In this document: one piece after another, positions 27,634-40,700 of the stretch
Layout: every line of letters starts with the position of its first letter
Position numbering within the stretch: position 1 is the first letter of the stretch
DNA from: Vairimorpha necatrix
Lineage: Eukaryota
Length of the DNA stretch: 56,891 nt
NCBI GenBank assembly: GCA_036630325.1
Contig: CP142732.1
Span: forward strand, 1,178,001-1,234,891
Direction: 5' to 3'
The notes under the pieces: generated by a model
What the model saw: only the letters and a program-made list of their open reading frames with translations
Databases searched by the model: none
What the model was told of the DNA's origin: nothing
Translations under genes and position numbers: made by a program

Positions 27634-27670
27634 TTTAGTTTAGGTTATGTAGAGGTAGGTTAGGTAGGTA
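27634..27670 (+). repeat. Interstitial telomere-like tract
   Basis: ttagtttaggttatgtagaggtaggttaggtaggta: the same TAGG/TTAGG units and orientation as the terminal telomere. Confidence 0.6.
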
Positions 27671-28249
27671 TTTTTTATCTAGAAAAAGACCAATTCATAA
27701 CTTAAGAAACAATTAAAGTCCGCAAAACAAAGCAATGCAAAGTATTTTCTATTTATTTATATTATTGTATATTTAGATCATCTATTATGGTTTGTTAGGC
27801 CCTTTAAGTTTTTGAATAACCGATATTTGAAGAAGTTGTGTCAATAATTAACCATAATTTTTAATAGTGTAAATATAGAAATTCAACCTTTAAATTGTAA
27901 TTATAAAACAATAATATACTATATACACTATAAAGCTAAATTATTTAAAAAGCTTTAACATAACGTATTTTAACAACAAACAGAAACATACTGTATCTGA
28001 ATATTGGTTAATATATTCAAATCATTGAGGTACTAAGAAAAACAGAACTTATACTCTTTTTAAAAAATCAATTGTAAATATATATATGTATTTATAAGAA
28101 GGATAATGAACTTATAAGAAGAAGAAAATTAACATGTATAGTATATGTATGTTAAGTTAGAAGTATTGGTTTTCGTGATGATATTTTTAGAAGAAAAATA
28201 ATTTTAAATAATTTTTATAGTTAAGTAACTATAGCTTAATAAACATATA

Positions 28250-30790
28250 AGAAGGAAATAACAATGTCGTAAAATTAAGAACATCTCAGACTACATATAA
28301 ATCTAAATTATTGTTATATAAGTGACATTTGTGTATCTTTTTTTGTTTTTGAGCTATTTAAAAGATTAATATTTTTCATCTCCTTCTTGTATACATATAT
28401 AAGAAGACAAATCTCGAAAAATATGAAAAAAATAAGAACATCTAAGACTACATATAAATTCATATTATTGTTCTATAAATGACACTTGCGTATCTTTTTT
28501 TGTTTTTAAAGCTTTTATGAAATTTGATAATTTTTCATCTCCTTCTTGTATACATATATAAGAAGACAAATCTCGAAAAATATGAAAAAAACAAGAACAT
28601 CTAAGACTACATATAAATTCATATTATTGTTCTATAAATGACACTTGAGTATCTTTTTTTGTTTTTAAAGCTTTTATGAAATTTGATAATTTTTCATTTT
28701 CTTCTTGTATATATACAAGAAGACAAATCTAGAAAAATATGAAAAAATTAAGAACATCTAAGACTACATAAATATTCATATTATTTGTCAAGGGACAGCT
28801 CTCCAGTGGTCCTCAGATGGCCCTGGAGACTAGAGAATACTATTAAGTAGATATTCTCCTCCTTTGTATTATTCATGTTTTTGGCGGGAAAGTGTACCAG
28901 ATTTTCCCGCCCATAAACATAAAAGAAAATCATCCTCAGAAGGGTATGAAGATGAGAAAGATAAATAAACAATTTATTAGTAAACCTTCTTCACAGACTG
29001 TTGGACAAACAACAGTCCACATTATTGTTTTACAAGTACTTTTTGTGTATCTTTTTTTGTATCTTTTTTTGATTTTAAAGCATTTATGAAATTTGCCATT
29101 TTCCATCTCCTTCTTGTATATATGTATATAAGAAGACAAATCTTGAAAAATATGAAAAAATTAAGAACATCTAAGACTACATAAATATTCATATTATTGT
29201 TTTACAAGTACTTTTTGTGTATCTTTTTTTGATTTTAAAGCATTTATGAAATTTGCCATTTTCCATCTCCTTCTTGTATATATGTATATAAGAAGACAAA
29301 TCTTGAAAAATATGAAAAAATTAAGAACATCTAAGACTACATAAATATTCATATTATTGTTTTACAAGTACTTTTTGTGTATCTTTTTTTGATTTTAAAG
29401 CATTTATGAAATTTGCCATTTTCCATCTCCTTCTTGTATATATGTATATAAGAAGACAAATCTTGAAAAATATGAAAAAATTAAGAACATCTAAGACTAC
29501 ATAAATATTCATATTATTGTTTTACAAGTACTTTTTGTGTATCTTTTTTTGATTTTAAAGCATTTATGAAATTTGCCATTTTCCATCTCCTTCTTGTATA
29601 TATGTATATAAGAAGACAAATCTTGAAAAATATGAAAAAATTAAGAACATCTAAGACTACATAAATATTCATATTATTGTTTTACAAGTACTTTTTGTGT
29701 ATCTTTTTTTGATTTTAAAGCATTTATGAAATTTGCCATTTTCCATCTCCTTCTTGTATATATGTATATAAGAAGACAAATCTTGAAAAATATGAAAAAA
29801 TTAAGAACATCTAAGACTACATAAATATTCATATTATTGTTTTACAAGTACTTTTTGTGTATCTTTTTTTGATTTTAAAGCATTTATGAAATTTGCCATT
29901 TTCCATCTCCTTCTTGTATATATGTATATAAGAAGACAAATCTTGAAAAATATGAAAAAATTAAGAACATCTAAGACTACATAAATATTCATATTATTGT
30001 TTTACAAGTACTTTTTGTGTATCTTTTTTTGATTTTAAAGCATTTATGAAATTTGCCATTTTCCATCTCCTTCTTGTATATATGTATATAAGAAGACAAA
30101 TCTTGAAAAATATGAAAAAATTAAGAACATCTAAGACTACATAAATATTCATATTATTGTTTTACAAGTACTTTTTGTGTATCTTTTTTTGATTTTAAAG
30201 CATTTATGAAATTTGCCATTTTCCATCTCCTTCTTGTATATATGTATATAAGAAGACAAATCTTGAAAAATATGAAAAAATTAAGAACATCTAAGACTAC
30301 ATAAATATTCATATTATTGTTTTACAAGTACTTTTTGTGTATCTTTTTTTGATTTTAAAGCATTTATGAAATTTGCCATTTTCCATCTCCTTCTTGTATA
30401 TATGTATATAAGAAGACAAATCTTGAAAAATATGAAAAAATTAAGAACATCTAAGACTACATAAATATTCATATTATTGTTTTACAAGTACTTTTTGTGT
30501 ATCTTTTTTTGTATCTTTTTTTGATTTTAAAGCATTTATGAAATTTGCCATTTTCCATCTCCTTCTTGTATATATGTATATAAGAAGACAAATCTTGAAA
30601 AATATGAAAAAATTAAGAACATCTAAGACTACATATAAATTCATATTATAGTTTTACAAGTATTTTTTAACATTCTTTATTTGTTTTTTAAGCATTTATG
30701 AAATTTGCCATTTTTCCATCTCTTTCTTGCATATATATATATAAGAAGACAAATCTTGAAAAATATGAAAAAGATAAGAACATCTGAAAA
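28250..30790. repeat. Tandem satellite, ~160-bp unit, about 14-15 copies
   Basis: ttaagaacatctaagactac recurs at 29161, 29321, 29481, 29641, 29801, 29961, 30121, 30281 and 30441 (exact 160-bp period). Diverged ~158-bp units lie to the left and two more diverged units to the right. Confidence 0.95.
28786..29021. mobile_element. 236-bp insertion in the satellite (solo-LTR-like)
   Basis: TGT...ACA ends and 5-bp TSD TTATT (28781-28785, 29022-29026). Removing the insert and one TSD copy restores the satellite unit. Confidence 0.8.
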
Positions 30791-31332
30791 TGCATATAAT
30801 TGTACGATCTATGTGATAACTAGGAATCTGTGTATATATATATATGCGTACTTATATGTTTGAGTGATTTATCTTTTCTTTAAGTAAATCAAAGTATGTC
30901 TTTATTATGAAGATTTTAAAACAGAATGATTCTAAAAGTTTCTAGTGTAACCGTGGGCGTTTTACGATTTAACATTCTAACATAAGAATAAAATTAATAA
31001 ACGTATACTAATTGGTAAAAATTTTTATTATAATGATTAAATAATTTAAAAACTCTCAGAAACAATCTATATTTTAATTACAATTACATCTAAATATATA
31101 TACAAGTCTTTAAGTATCAGCAATATTTCTAATTTTTTTGGCTAATGGAAAGTCTCTGTGTATATTTGTACATGAGAGAGATAATGAACACAAAAAAGTG
31201 AAAATTGACATCTCATAAAAACTAGTAAAAATAACTTATGAAGTATATGTAACTAGATTGTGAAGTTTTTTTTATTCTAATTAAAACCTTTATTACATAC
31301 ATGATTTAATTTTTTTTTAAAGGGTATCTATC

Positions 31333-31372
<40 letters not shown>

Positions 31373-31474
31373 TACAAAATAAAAACTTTAAATTCAAGAA
31401 AAATATACATAAATATTAGTGCAGTGAAATTAATTGTATTGAAATAATAGAACATTCATATGGTAACAAATAAT

Positions 31475-32498
31475 GGCTAAAGTAAGCATTAGCTACAAAA
31501 AATCGATATAGGGTTTTTTTGTTTTTTTTTTGCCCCTTTTTTTAAAAAATGGAGGAAAGAAAATGATGAGGAAGGAACAAAAATAAAAACTAGAATAAAT
31601 ATTTTAATAAAGCTTCAAACACTGGAGTTGTAAAGTTTATTTGGATCATATATCTAAATAAATAAAGTTTAGCGCTATTCGATGATCAGTTTCTATTTGG
31701 TATAGAATGTTTTAGAGATCTCCAATTACCTTCTATGGTATTGTTATGTACTCCTGTATTCGGATTTCTAAATGTAATGTATTATTAACCATATGATGTT
31801 GGTTAAATATTGTATTTAAAGAATGATACGCTCTCCACATATCGCTATATATAATACTGCTTCTACTTACATATTTTAAAAGAAGTTCAGTAAGTGTTCT
31901 TTTGTCTCTTTTCTTAATATATACTACTATGATTCTACGTTGGATGGTACGTTCAACCATTCCAAAACACCAAAATTCTTTTACTAACTTCCCCTATTGT
32001 ATTTATTCTTCCCAATCTTAGTCTCATCAATTTCCACTATAGTATTATCGCCTCCAATAGTCCCTATACTAGATAAATACTTATCATAAAGACTCATTTC
32101 TTTTACTTTTTTTTAGCACGAAAGATATAGAAGGTTTAGTACAACCTAAAACTTGAGAAATGGACTTACGCGAATAACCTAGAATCAATATATTTAGTAT
32201 TTGTAATATTGTACTGTAATTTATCCTAGGATCCTGAAAGAAAGTTCCATTCCAAATTGAAATTGTGTTTTTACATGAGCTCCATGGACACCTAATAAGA
32301 CTTCTTTGCTCCCTCTTTGCTTCATTTTTTTGATTACAGACGCTACATATTTTATTTTGTTTCTTAATTATTAGATCATTATATATGATCTCCAATTCTT
32401 CTCTTGTCCGAATTCTTTCCTCCATTTTTAAAAAAAAGGGGCAAAAAAAAACAAAAAAACCCTATATCGATTTTTTGTAGCTAATGCTTACTTTAGCC
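31475..32498 (-). mobile_element. Merlin DNA transposon, near full length
   Basis: ~86-bp near-perfect TIRs starting GGCTAAAGTAAGC. 8-bp TSD caaataat/aaaataat (7 of 8 match). Encodes an IS1595-family DDE transposase. Confidence 0.92.
31590..32425 (-). pseudogene. Merlin/ISXO2-like (DDE_Tnp_IS1595) transposase, frameshifted
   Basis: N-terminal CSVC...CPWSSC zinc ribbon. Motifs IGGDNTIVEIDETKIGK, FGMVER, IYSDMWRAY, HHMVN and NTIEGNW. Confidence 0.92.
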
Positions 32499-33190
32499 AA
32501 AATAATATATAAGTATTTTTATGTAATTAAAATATTCAATTATATAATTATTGCCGGTATCAACACATAGAATAAATAGATTTTGAATTAAACAAATCAG
32601 AAAATAATTTGTGTATAAATTAATAACAAAGATTTTTTGAATTTAAGGATGAATTCTTATTATTGGAATACATCGAGGTACATTAGAAAGAATATAATCG
32701 TGGATAAAAAACAACCAATACCCCATTGGAGAACAATACTGTATAAAAATACAACACTTTAATATAATATAAAACGAAATTTAAATATCATGAAGATTTT
32801 ATATTTTATTCATTTATAACGAGAGAGCGATTATATAAATGTATCGAGAATAAACACAATTTCTATTAAGAATAATAGCAAAATCTCATAAGTACGTATG
32901 TATGAATTTAACATTGAAATTATTAAAAACTATAATTTTCATACAAAAATGTAGATATTATCGTAGCCAATCAAATACTGATCAATCATATTCTTACACA
33001 TTGGCAGATTTAATTGGCTACAAAAAGTATTTAGAAAAATTTCCAAAAGAGGGCATGGAAAATAAGAATAACGAAATTGACATATTTACAATAAATAACA
33101 TCTTATAAAATCATGTAATTATATTATATAATTGTATAATTTTTGCATAATTTAATGAGATTTTCTAAAAAAATAAGCTTGAATAAGAAT

Positions 33191-33447
33191 TGTTATATTT
33201 ATAAAAATTATGTTATGTCATAATAACATCTAGATGATCACGCTACAAAGCATTTCTCTGGACTTGTGAAGGAGATGTGGAAAAGACTATACAGACGAGA
33301 AGCAACCTACAAACAGGAGACGCTAACGCGGAACCTATCCTTGTTAAACTATAAATATAAATTACAATAAGCATCACCTAATTAGATTCATTTATTTTTA
33401 TGATGAAATATAACTATATCCCAACGATATCTTATGGTAGCATAACA
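33191..33447 (+). repeat. Dispersed repeat copy 2 (probable solo LTR)
   Basis: Begins TGTTAT and ends ATAACA (alternative end 33491). Shares acaaacaggagacgctaa-gcggaa with 42837-43152. No exact TSD. Confidence 0.55.
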
Positions 33448-34614
33448 TAGAATTTCGCGACCCAATATAGGATATAAAATTAGTTATAACATCTTGATCT
33501 TAAGATATCTCATGATTTTACGAGATCAAAATTACTTTTAATAAAGGATAGTTTTTGAAAAACTTACTTTCAATATATGATAATATTGGCAAACCTGTTC
33601 AGGAAATGATTAGACCACCTTCAATTAAAACGAAATATATATATTTATATATATATATATATATCTAATTGTTATGTTAGTATCTTTCTATTAGAGAAAA
33701 TATTTTATATCTGATCGTATAATATTTACTCGTTAAATCAGTAGTAGATCAAAAAAAAGTAAAAAGGACTCAACATTTTCAACTAATATTTTTCGTATAT
33801 CTTTTATATAGAAACCTCATTAATAACAATTACTAATATATATATACAAAATACTTTTTTGTTTAATATTTTGTTTTCGATATTTCTAAAATTTTTCTTA
33901 TACATCTGTTTTAAATTATAAGCAAATTGAGAATTAGGGATATTTATGCATACTTCTTAATTAAAAATATTCATTGTTAATCATATAGTGTTATAACACT
34001 AAATATGATAACGTTTTGAATTTTACCATTTATTTATATCAGTATATGGAAGGAACACATAAAATCTTAAGCATTCTGAAAGTTTTCATAAATTATCTAT
34101 TTGAATTCTTATAATCATAAATAAAAAAACTAGAATAATCATCAAAATATTATTGTTTACACATATCACACAATTCATCAGACTGATGTTCTATGAATAA
34201 TATTAGTAAGTAAAATTATTTAAATAGTCGAAATGTCTAAAATTGCACCTTTATTCTACGTAAAACTGTTTCTAAATAGTCTAATATTTATAATTTGATC
34301 TTAATTCTAATATCCCTTTTAGTAATTGAAACATTTATTCAGATATGTAAACTTATATCTATATTAGTTCTCGCATACATTCTTCTCAATGATTATGTAA
34401 TAATCATACTTATGGTTGATTAAGCAATAATTAGGCATAAATGCGATCATTAAAATCATTATTTTCTACGGACTAGAAATATATGACCGGAGAAACCTTA
34501 TGTTTATCAATCAATAGATTATATGACTAAATTTGGGTAAAGCACATGTAGCGGAAGAGCTTCTATTATAATTATAGTAAAAAGTGCAATTACAATTCTT
34601 GTGGCAGCTCGTGT

Positions 34615-34905
34615 TTTTTTCACTGTTAATGTAATTTTTTTTTATTTTATGCTCATGATCTTATTTATCAGCTAATGATTATTATACAATTTAATACTTC
34701 GGAAATTTGAGTATACATCTGTATTCCAACTTTTCAACTTCTCGCGACACGTGGGATGCGCAAGCGCTATAAGGTCTTGTCCATTGAAGTTGGTATAACT
34801 AACGTTACTCAAATTTCTGAAGTATATAATTGTATAATAATCATTAGCTGATAAAAAAGAATATAAACATAAAATATAATGAATATTACACTAGCAGAAA
34901 AAAAT
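34615..34905. repeat. Long foldback inverted repeat (MITE-like or hairpin locus)
   Basis: tttatcagctaatgattattatacaat...tacttcggaaatttgagta (from 34664) pairs with tactcaaatttctgaagta...attgtataataatcattagctgataaa (to 34855) around a GC-rich spacer. Confidence 0.75.
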
Positions 34906-36592
34906 TGACTGTCTTTGATTTGATATTGTATAATCCTCTATTTATAGTAGTATTAATTTCACAAAGTTTATTGTCATTCCAAACTTTCTTATCTCTTTTA
35001 TGCACCAATCCAATCTTTGATTTATCATTGCCCCTCAACAAATTTTTTTTTTAATATTTTAGGAGGGAAATTTAAAATAAATAAAATATAGAAAAGAGCG
35101 TAGATTTTGAATTTAAAGGAATTAATAGCAAAAATAAAACAAATTTTTGTTATAAATTAATTAAAAATATACAATCAAAAACTAAACAAATATGTTAATT
35201 ACTCTTTATTCAATGATCTTTATTTGAAATTTATTATTAATTTTTCTTTGTCTACAGAGTAACAACTCAATTAAAAAGATGACCAGATGGTATTTTTTGA
35301 AATACAATACGGCCTTTAAATTTTTTAAATTCTCTTGACATTTTTGAAGAAATTCAAAATTTAATTAAATTTTTACTAAAAATCAATCGTAATGTCAAAA
35401 TAAAATATTTTTTCCATAATAATAGTTACAATTGTAAAATTTTAAAAGTTTAGGAATTCATTATTTCTAAACTATATTATTATTGTGTACATATATATTT
35501 ATATTTTAAAATCTTATTTGATTCTGCAGAAATCTAAACATTTCTGGAAGCATACATTCAGTCTTATGTGATGAAGAAAACTCCAGAGTCCATTCTTTAG
35601 AACGACGAACAAGATACGATAAAGATTATGCAGAAGAAGAAGAAGTGGTTAGAGCTGTAAGCGCACTAGCGAATATGGCGACTGTTGAACAAGCTATGTC
35701 GGTATAGGAGAATGAAGCTTAAATTTGGAGTTGAAAAACATTAATAATTCCACAGAAACCAAAGTCTATGAAGAGACGAATCTAGTAAGCGATACCGAGG
35801 AAAACTGTACTAATCTAACTTTAATGATAAATTAAGCTAATAAATTTTTTATATGTTGTCACCACTAAACACAAACATTGGCGTACTTACGAATGTAGTA
35901 ACGACCATGCAACTTTCGTTTGATTGTGTGACCCAACTTGACATGCCATCCGAAACGGTTGACATATTTTTGACATCTGTCCATGTGTTGTAGTAATGTA
36001 CATCACAGTATCTAAGAAAAACAAAATCATAATAAAGAATATTAGTTAAATCACATAAATATGTTTTTATTATTTTGTAGTTGAAATTCTTAAAAGAATG
36101 TAGTTCATATATAGTTGTAGCAGATCAAATACATATTAATCATATTCTTCAAATGACAGTTTTAACTTGTTAAAAAAAATTTACTTTAGAGGGTATGAAA
36201 AATAAGAATAACAAAATTGCCAGATATAATGGAGAAATTGAAATACGATGCCAGTAAATCTTAAAATTTGCGATCACATATGAAAGTATTTTGTATATAA
36301 TATAGGATATATACTTGTTTTTGCCGTGTAAAATCTTTAAATTTTTTAGTTACTAAGTATATATATATTAGAAAGGTATATTCGGATCAAAGAAAATCTT
36401 ATATAATTTTATTTTATATAAGAAAGCATATAACTAATATTGTAAATTATTCTATTATTAGGTTAAATCGCTTAATGATCTTTCAATCTGACTAATTTGA
36501 AATTTTTCTTTATGTATAGAAAGAAAACAAAAATTAAAGGAAGTTGAAAATATAATTAGTTTTTTTAAATGATAACAAAAATTAAAATAAAT

Positions 36593-36660
36593 GTGCTTGG
36601 CATAATGGTTGCACCTTGATTCGGGATATCGAAGGTCCAAAGTTCGATTCCCAGTGGGAA
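36593..36660 (+). pseudogene. tRNA-derived remnant with Pol III A and B boxes
   Basis: A box TGGCATAATGG, stem TTGAT/ATCGA around TCGGGAT, and B-box-like AGTTCGATTCC. The T stem and acceptor stem do not pair. Confidence 0.5.
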
Positions 36661-37399
36661 TAAAATTTAAATTTATATTCTAAATATAAAGATATCTATT
36701 CGCGGACATACAGACGTCTCTAAATATAATATTTCAAAATCGATAGACTAAACAAATATTATGAAAATAATTCTTGAAATGAATTGATTAGTAATTTCTG
36801 AAATATATTCACACTTTAAATTCTTATTACATATAATTTGTTTTTCTGTGTTTCAAAATACCATGGCTGTATATTCTATAGGGATCTAAAAGCCGATTAT
36901 GGCACTCTTGATGTAGAAATTTATGAAGTTTGTTATTATACAAACAAGATATAATATAAGATGGAGATCTGTTCAATTATTTCATTAGTGACAAAGAAGT
37001 TTAATAAGTTTGCTTTTAGTGTTCTGTGTAAGAGAAAGAGCTATCTGAGATCTAGATGTTTTATATATATAATATATACACTAGATTAAAACGATAAATC
37101 TATACTGAGTTTTTAAAATATTTATTTTAATTTATTTATTGATTTGATGAGCGATTAGAGGCTTGTATATAAAAAAATTCTTACCAAATCAAATCCCAAT
37201 GGTTACGTCGGAGATAGTGCAGCGCAAGTATTCGGTAATAGTTAAGTGAGTAGAAATACCTTATTTTCATTGGATTGTTAACCCAATTTCTTTTATGTTT
37301 ATGTATAATATTTCATCTTCCCTTCTACTCGCCAAGAATATGAAATTTTAAAGTAAATATAGGCTATAAGTCAAAATTTTGTTTTTTGAATTTCCAAAT

Positions 37400-37785
37400 T
37401 TTTAATTTTTCAAGGATGACAAGTATATATATTCAAACACCAAGAATAAGAATAAAATCATGAAAAAAAATTATCTAAAATGACAAATTTTGATTTTCTT
37501 TTTTCATGATAAAAAGAATATATACACATTTATAAAAAATAAGAAGTTGATAAAAATCATGAAAAAATATTTGTCTAAAGTGTCATAATTTTGAATTTTA
37601 GAGTTTTGAAATTTTCATTTTATAATGAAGAAAATTCTATATACATATATATATACAATAAGACAGAAAAGAAAATCATGGAAAAATAATTAGTCTAAAA
37701 TGTCATAATTTTAAAATTAGATTTTTTCAAAGACAACAAGTATATATACAATGTAATAAGATGAAGAAGAAAATCATGATAATTA
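37400..37785. repeat. Degenerate tandem repeat, ~100-120-bp unit, about 4 copies
   Basis: aaaatcatg recurs near 37455, 37553, 37672 and 37770; the first three are followed by tctaaa-tg(t)ca-aatttt. Confidence 0.65.
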
Positions 37786-40700
37786 ACTGAGGAAATTAAT
37801 CCCCCAAAATAATATATTCTAAACAAACTCTTATATCATGAATGATTAAAAGTAATTATTCTTGACATTTTAAAGGATCAACTAATTATTAAGAAGAGTT
37901 GCACTGTATATGTATATATATTTAAGAAGAGATAATAATATCGACAAGACGAAAATAGTCCATCGATAAAATTCAGAATAAACAGTATTGTAAGTACAAA
38001 ACTTTAAAAGTAGACTTAATATTCTTTGCGATTGAAAAATTATGATTATAACATCGCTTGCAAACAAAGTAAAGTTAGTATATATAATAGAGAAACATAA
38101 ATAATTAGTTTAATCAACAAACACTGTTAAATACATTGTTATATAAATATTTATCTATATAATCGAACTTAGATGATCTAAGAAATTTGTATTTCGAACA
38201 GATTTCCCATCAATACAACGTAATTAAATAATCTATGTGTGACGAGTCATTTGCATACTGAGACGTGCCCTGCCCTGAGTATAGCCATTATTGACTGGCA
38301 CATCGATAGACTGAAGAAATGATTGACTTTAAATGGCAAAATGAGCAGGTATATATATGTAAAAAAGACATATAAAGATTTATATAACAAACGTTTCTTG
38401 TGTTTTAAATATCTCCAATTAGTCTATAGCATTTTACATAAACAAGACACTTTTAGTGGAAGACTAGGAAAGATTAATTATTAAGGATCGAAAAGCTCAG
38501 AAAAAATGACTACATTAAAGAAAACAACAACATTCCTTCTTTAGGGCGTAAATGATCCTCGAAGTCTATATATAAAATAAAAATGATATGATACGGAAAT
38601 TCAAAATGCCAACAACATTTATAAATTTTACTAAAGAATATGTGTAGATATGATATAGATGCCAAGTGCTTAATATAAATATGCATAAATATACTAAGAA
38701 ATAAAAATCTTGGTAATAAGTTCATATTCATTGCAACAACCAGATGTATCTATGTATAAAAGAATGAAATACACCAGAATCAATTACATAATATCTTTTA
38801 TTCGTACAGACTAAACAAATTGAACAATAACATATTTTGATGATATAACGTAAGATAATTTTGAGTTTCTGTGTTATGATAATTTCGATTAATGAATAAA
38901 GAAAAAATAATTCATATGTAAAAAGAATAAACAAATTATATAAAAGAACCCAATCGATGGAAATTAAGTATTGTAAACAATCAAACTATTGTTCTCTTTG
39001 GCAAGATAATAGTAAAACCCAAAAACAAAATTAGAGACAAATTAAAAAATAAAATTCACGTTTCATTTATCCTCTAAGAATAGAAAGTCAATGTGAATAT
39101 ACTATTAACAATATTCTATAGGACTGATATAGTAATTTTGACTTAAAAAACCAAAAAATAGAAGAGAAATAATCAGTTATTGAAGATAGTAAAATGAACA
39201 AAGTTGAAAAATAAAGGAAATATAAAGTGGGAAACACGAGATTATAATTATTTGTGATTTTGATTATAAATAAAATCATTTTTTTACAACATATATACAA
39301 TAGAGTAATATAATTCCGCAATTTAATATTTGATATGTTTAGATTTTATTACGTTAACATTTTATTGTAAAATTATATAATCTTAACAATGGAAAAAATT
39401 CATTTGGGATACTATATTTTTTGAATATTCCAGAAATGAAAATATTTTTCATAAGATGGGGAGAATGATCATTTAAATATAACATATCTAAAAAACAATT
39501 GAATTGGTATATTTTTGAATTACACCCCCTAATAGATATACTTTCTGTTTGCAAATAATTAGACCATCAAAATCATACATAATTTAAACAGATAAGAGGA
39601 CGTTGTATATAATAGAAAATAAAACAAATAAAAAGATTACAGATCAAAAAATAGTTATAAAAATGTACACTAAATCAAATTTATTGTTCACATTAGATAT
39701 TATATCATGGATTTAATAATTGCAGACATAAATTTTGACTGAACCTTTCTGGGATTGATTCGGTTGCAAATTAAATTTTTATAAAAAATGCACATATTTT
39801 ATTTATGTTCTATAAAAAAAAAGTAAAAAAACAATATATTCACATTATAAGTTACTTTAAAAATAATTTGACAAAAATAAAGTATGCAGGAAACAAATTA
39901 ACTCCTTTAGTCTCTATTTCTAATTTCTAAAACCAAATTCCGTACACAATTTTTTTTGGCAGAAAAACATTTCCCTAGATGAAAGATTATTGAAATGTCG
40001 TAACTTACATTAAAAATTTTGATGTTATGTTCAAGCCATTTATAATTAAGAGCAAAAATATAGCGCGAGAAATTTTATATTTACAAAATAAAAGAATAAA
40101 TTTCTTTGAAGAAACAGTCCTATATTTATTTTAGATGAATCAATAGCTTACATTCCTCGTATAAAGGACAAGAACACATATATCATTATTAAAATAGCAA
40201 TGCTGTAATTGTTATTTGTTTGTTCCGTAAATCCGAACCTAATCCTCTATCGTATAACAAAACATAAGGTTACACATTTGATAATCTTTATATATTTTTA
40301 GATTGGAATGGTACTGTTTCTTTAATAGAGATATATTGTTTTATTATTCTCAGTTGTAGATAAAATCTTGACAAGAAATTAATGTGAAAATTACCTTCTT
40401 AAACCTAGATGAAATACGCTTAATACGTATAATTCACGTTGAATTAATATAATCAACTTGTTATTAGTTTAGAATATTATGTTAAGCCGCATGATTCAAT
40501 GTATCTGTGTAAATTCAAAAATAAGAATAATTCTTAGTTAAAAATACATTATGTTAAAATATAATAATTTGAAGTATTTATATTTTTCAATTATTATTTG
40601 TAAATGACAAAAACGGATCTACAATAAAAATATAATACAAGGATCAAAATGATGCAAAACTAACACACACGTAAAAATCAAAAACAACTTGCATTATAGA

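Noticed and set aside
28250-30790. CRISPR-like array
   Set aside because: Whole units repeat with no unique spacers, no cas genes are present, and the context is eukaryotic.
36855-36930. Kinase-like fragment IFYRDLKADY
   Set aside because: A single short motif, with no other kinase subdomains in frame.
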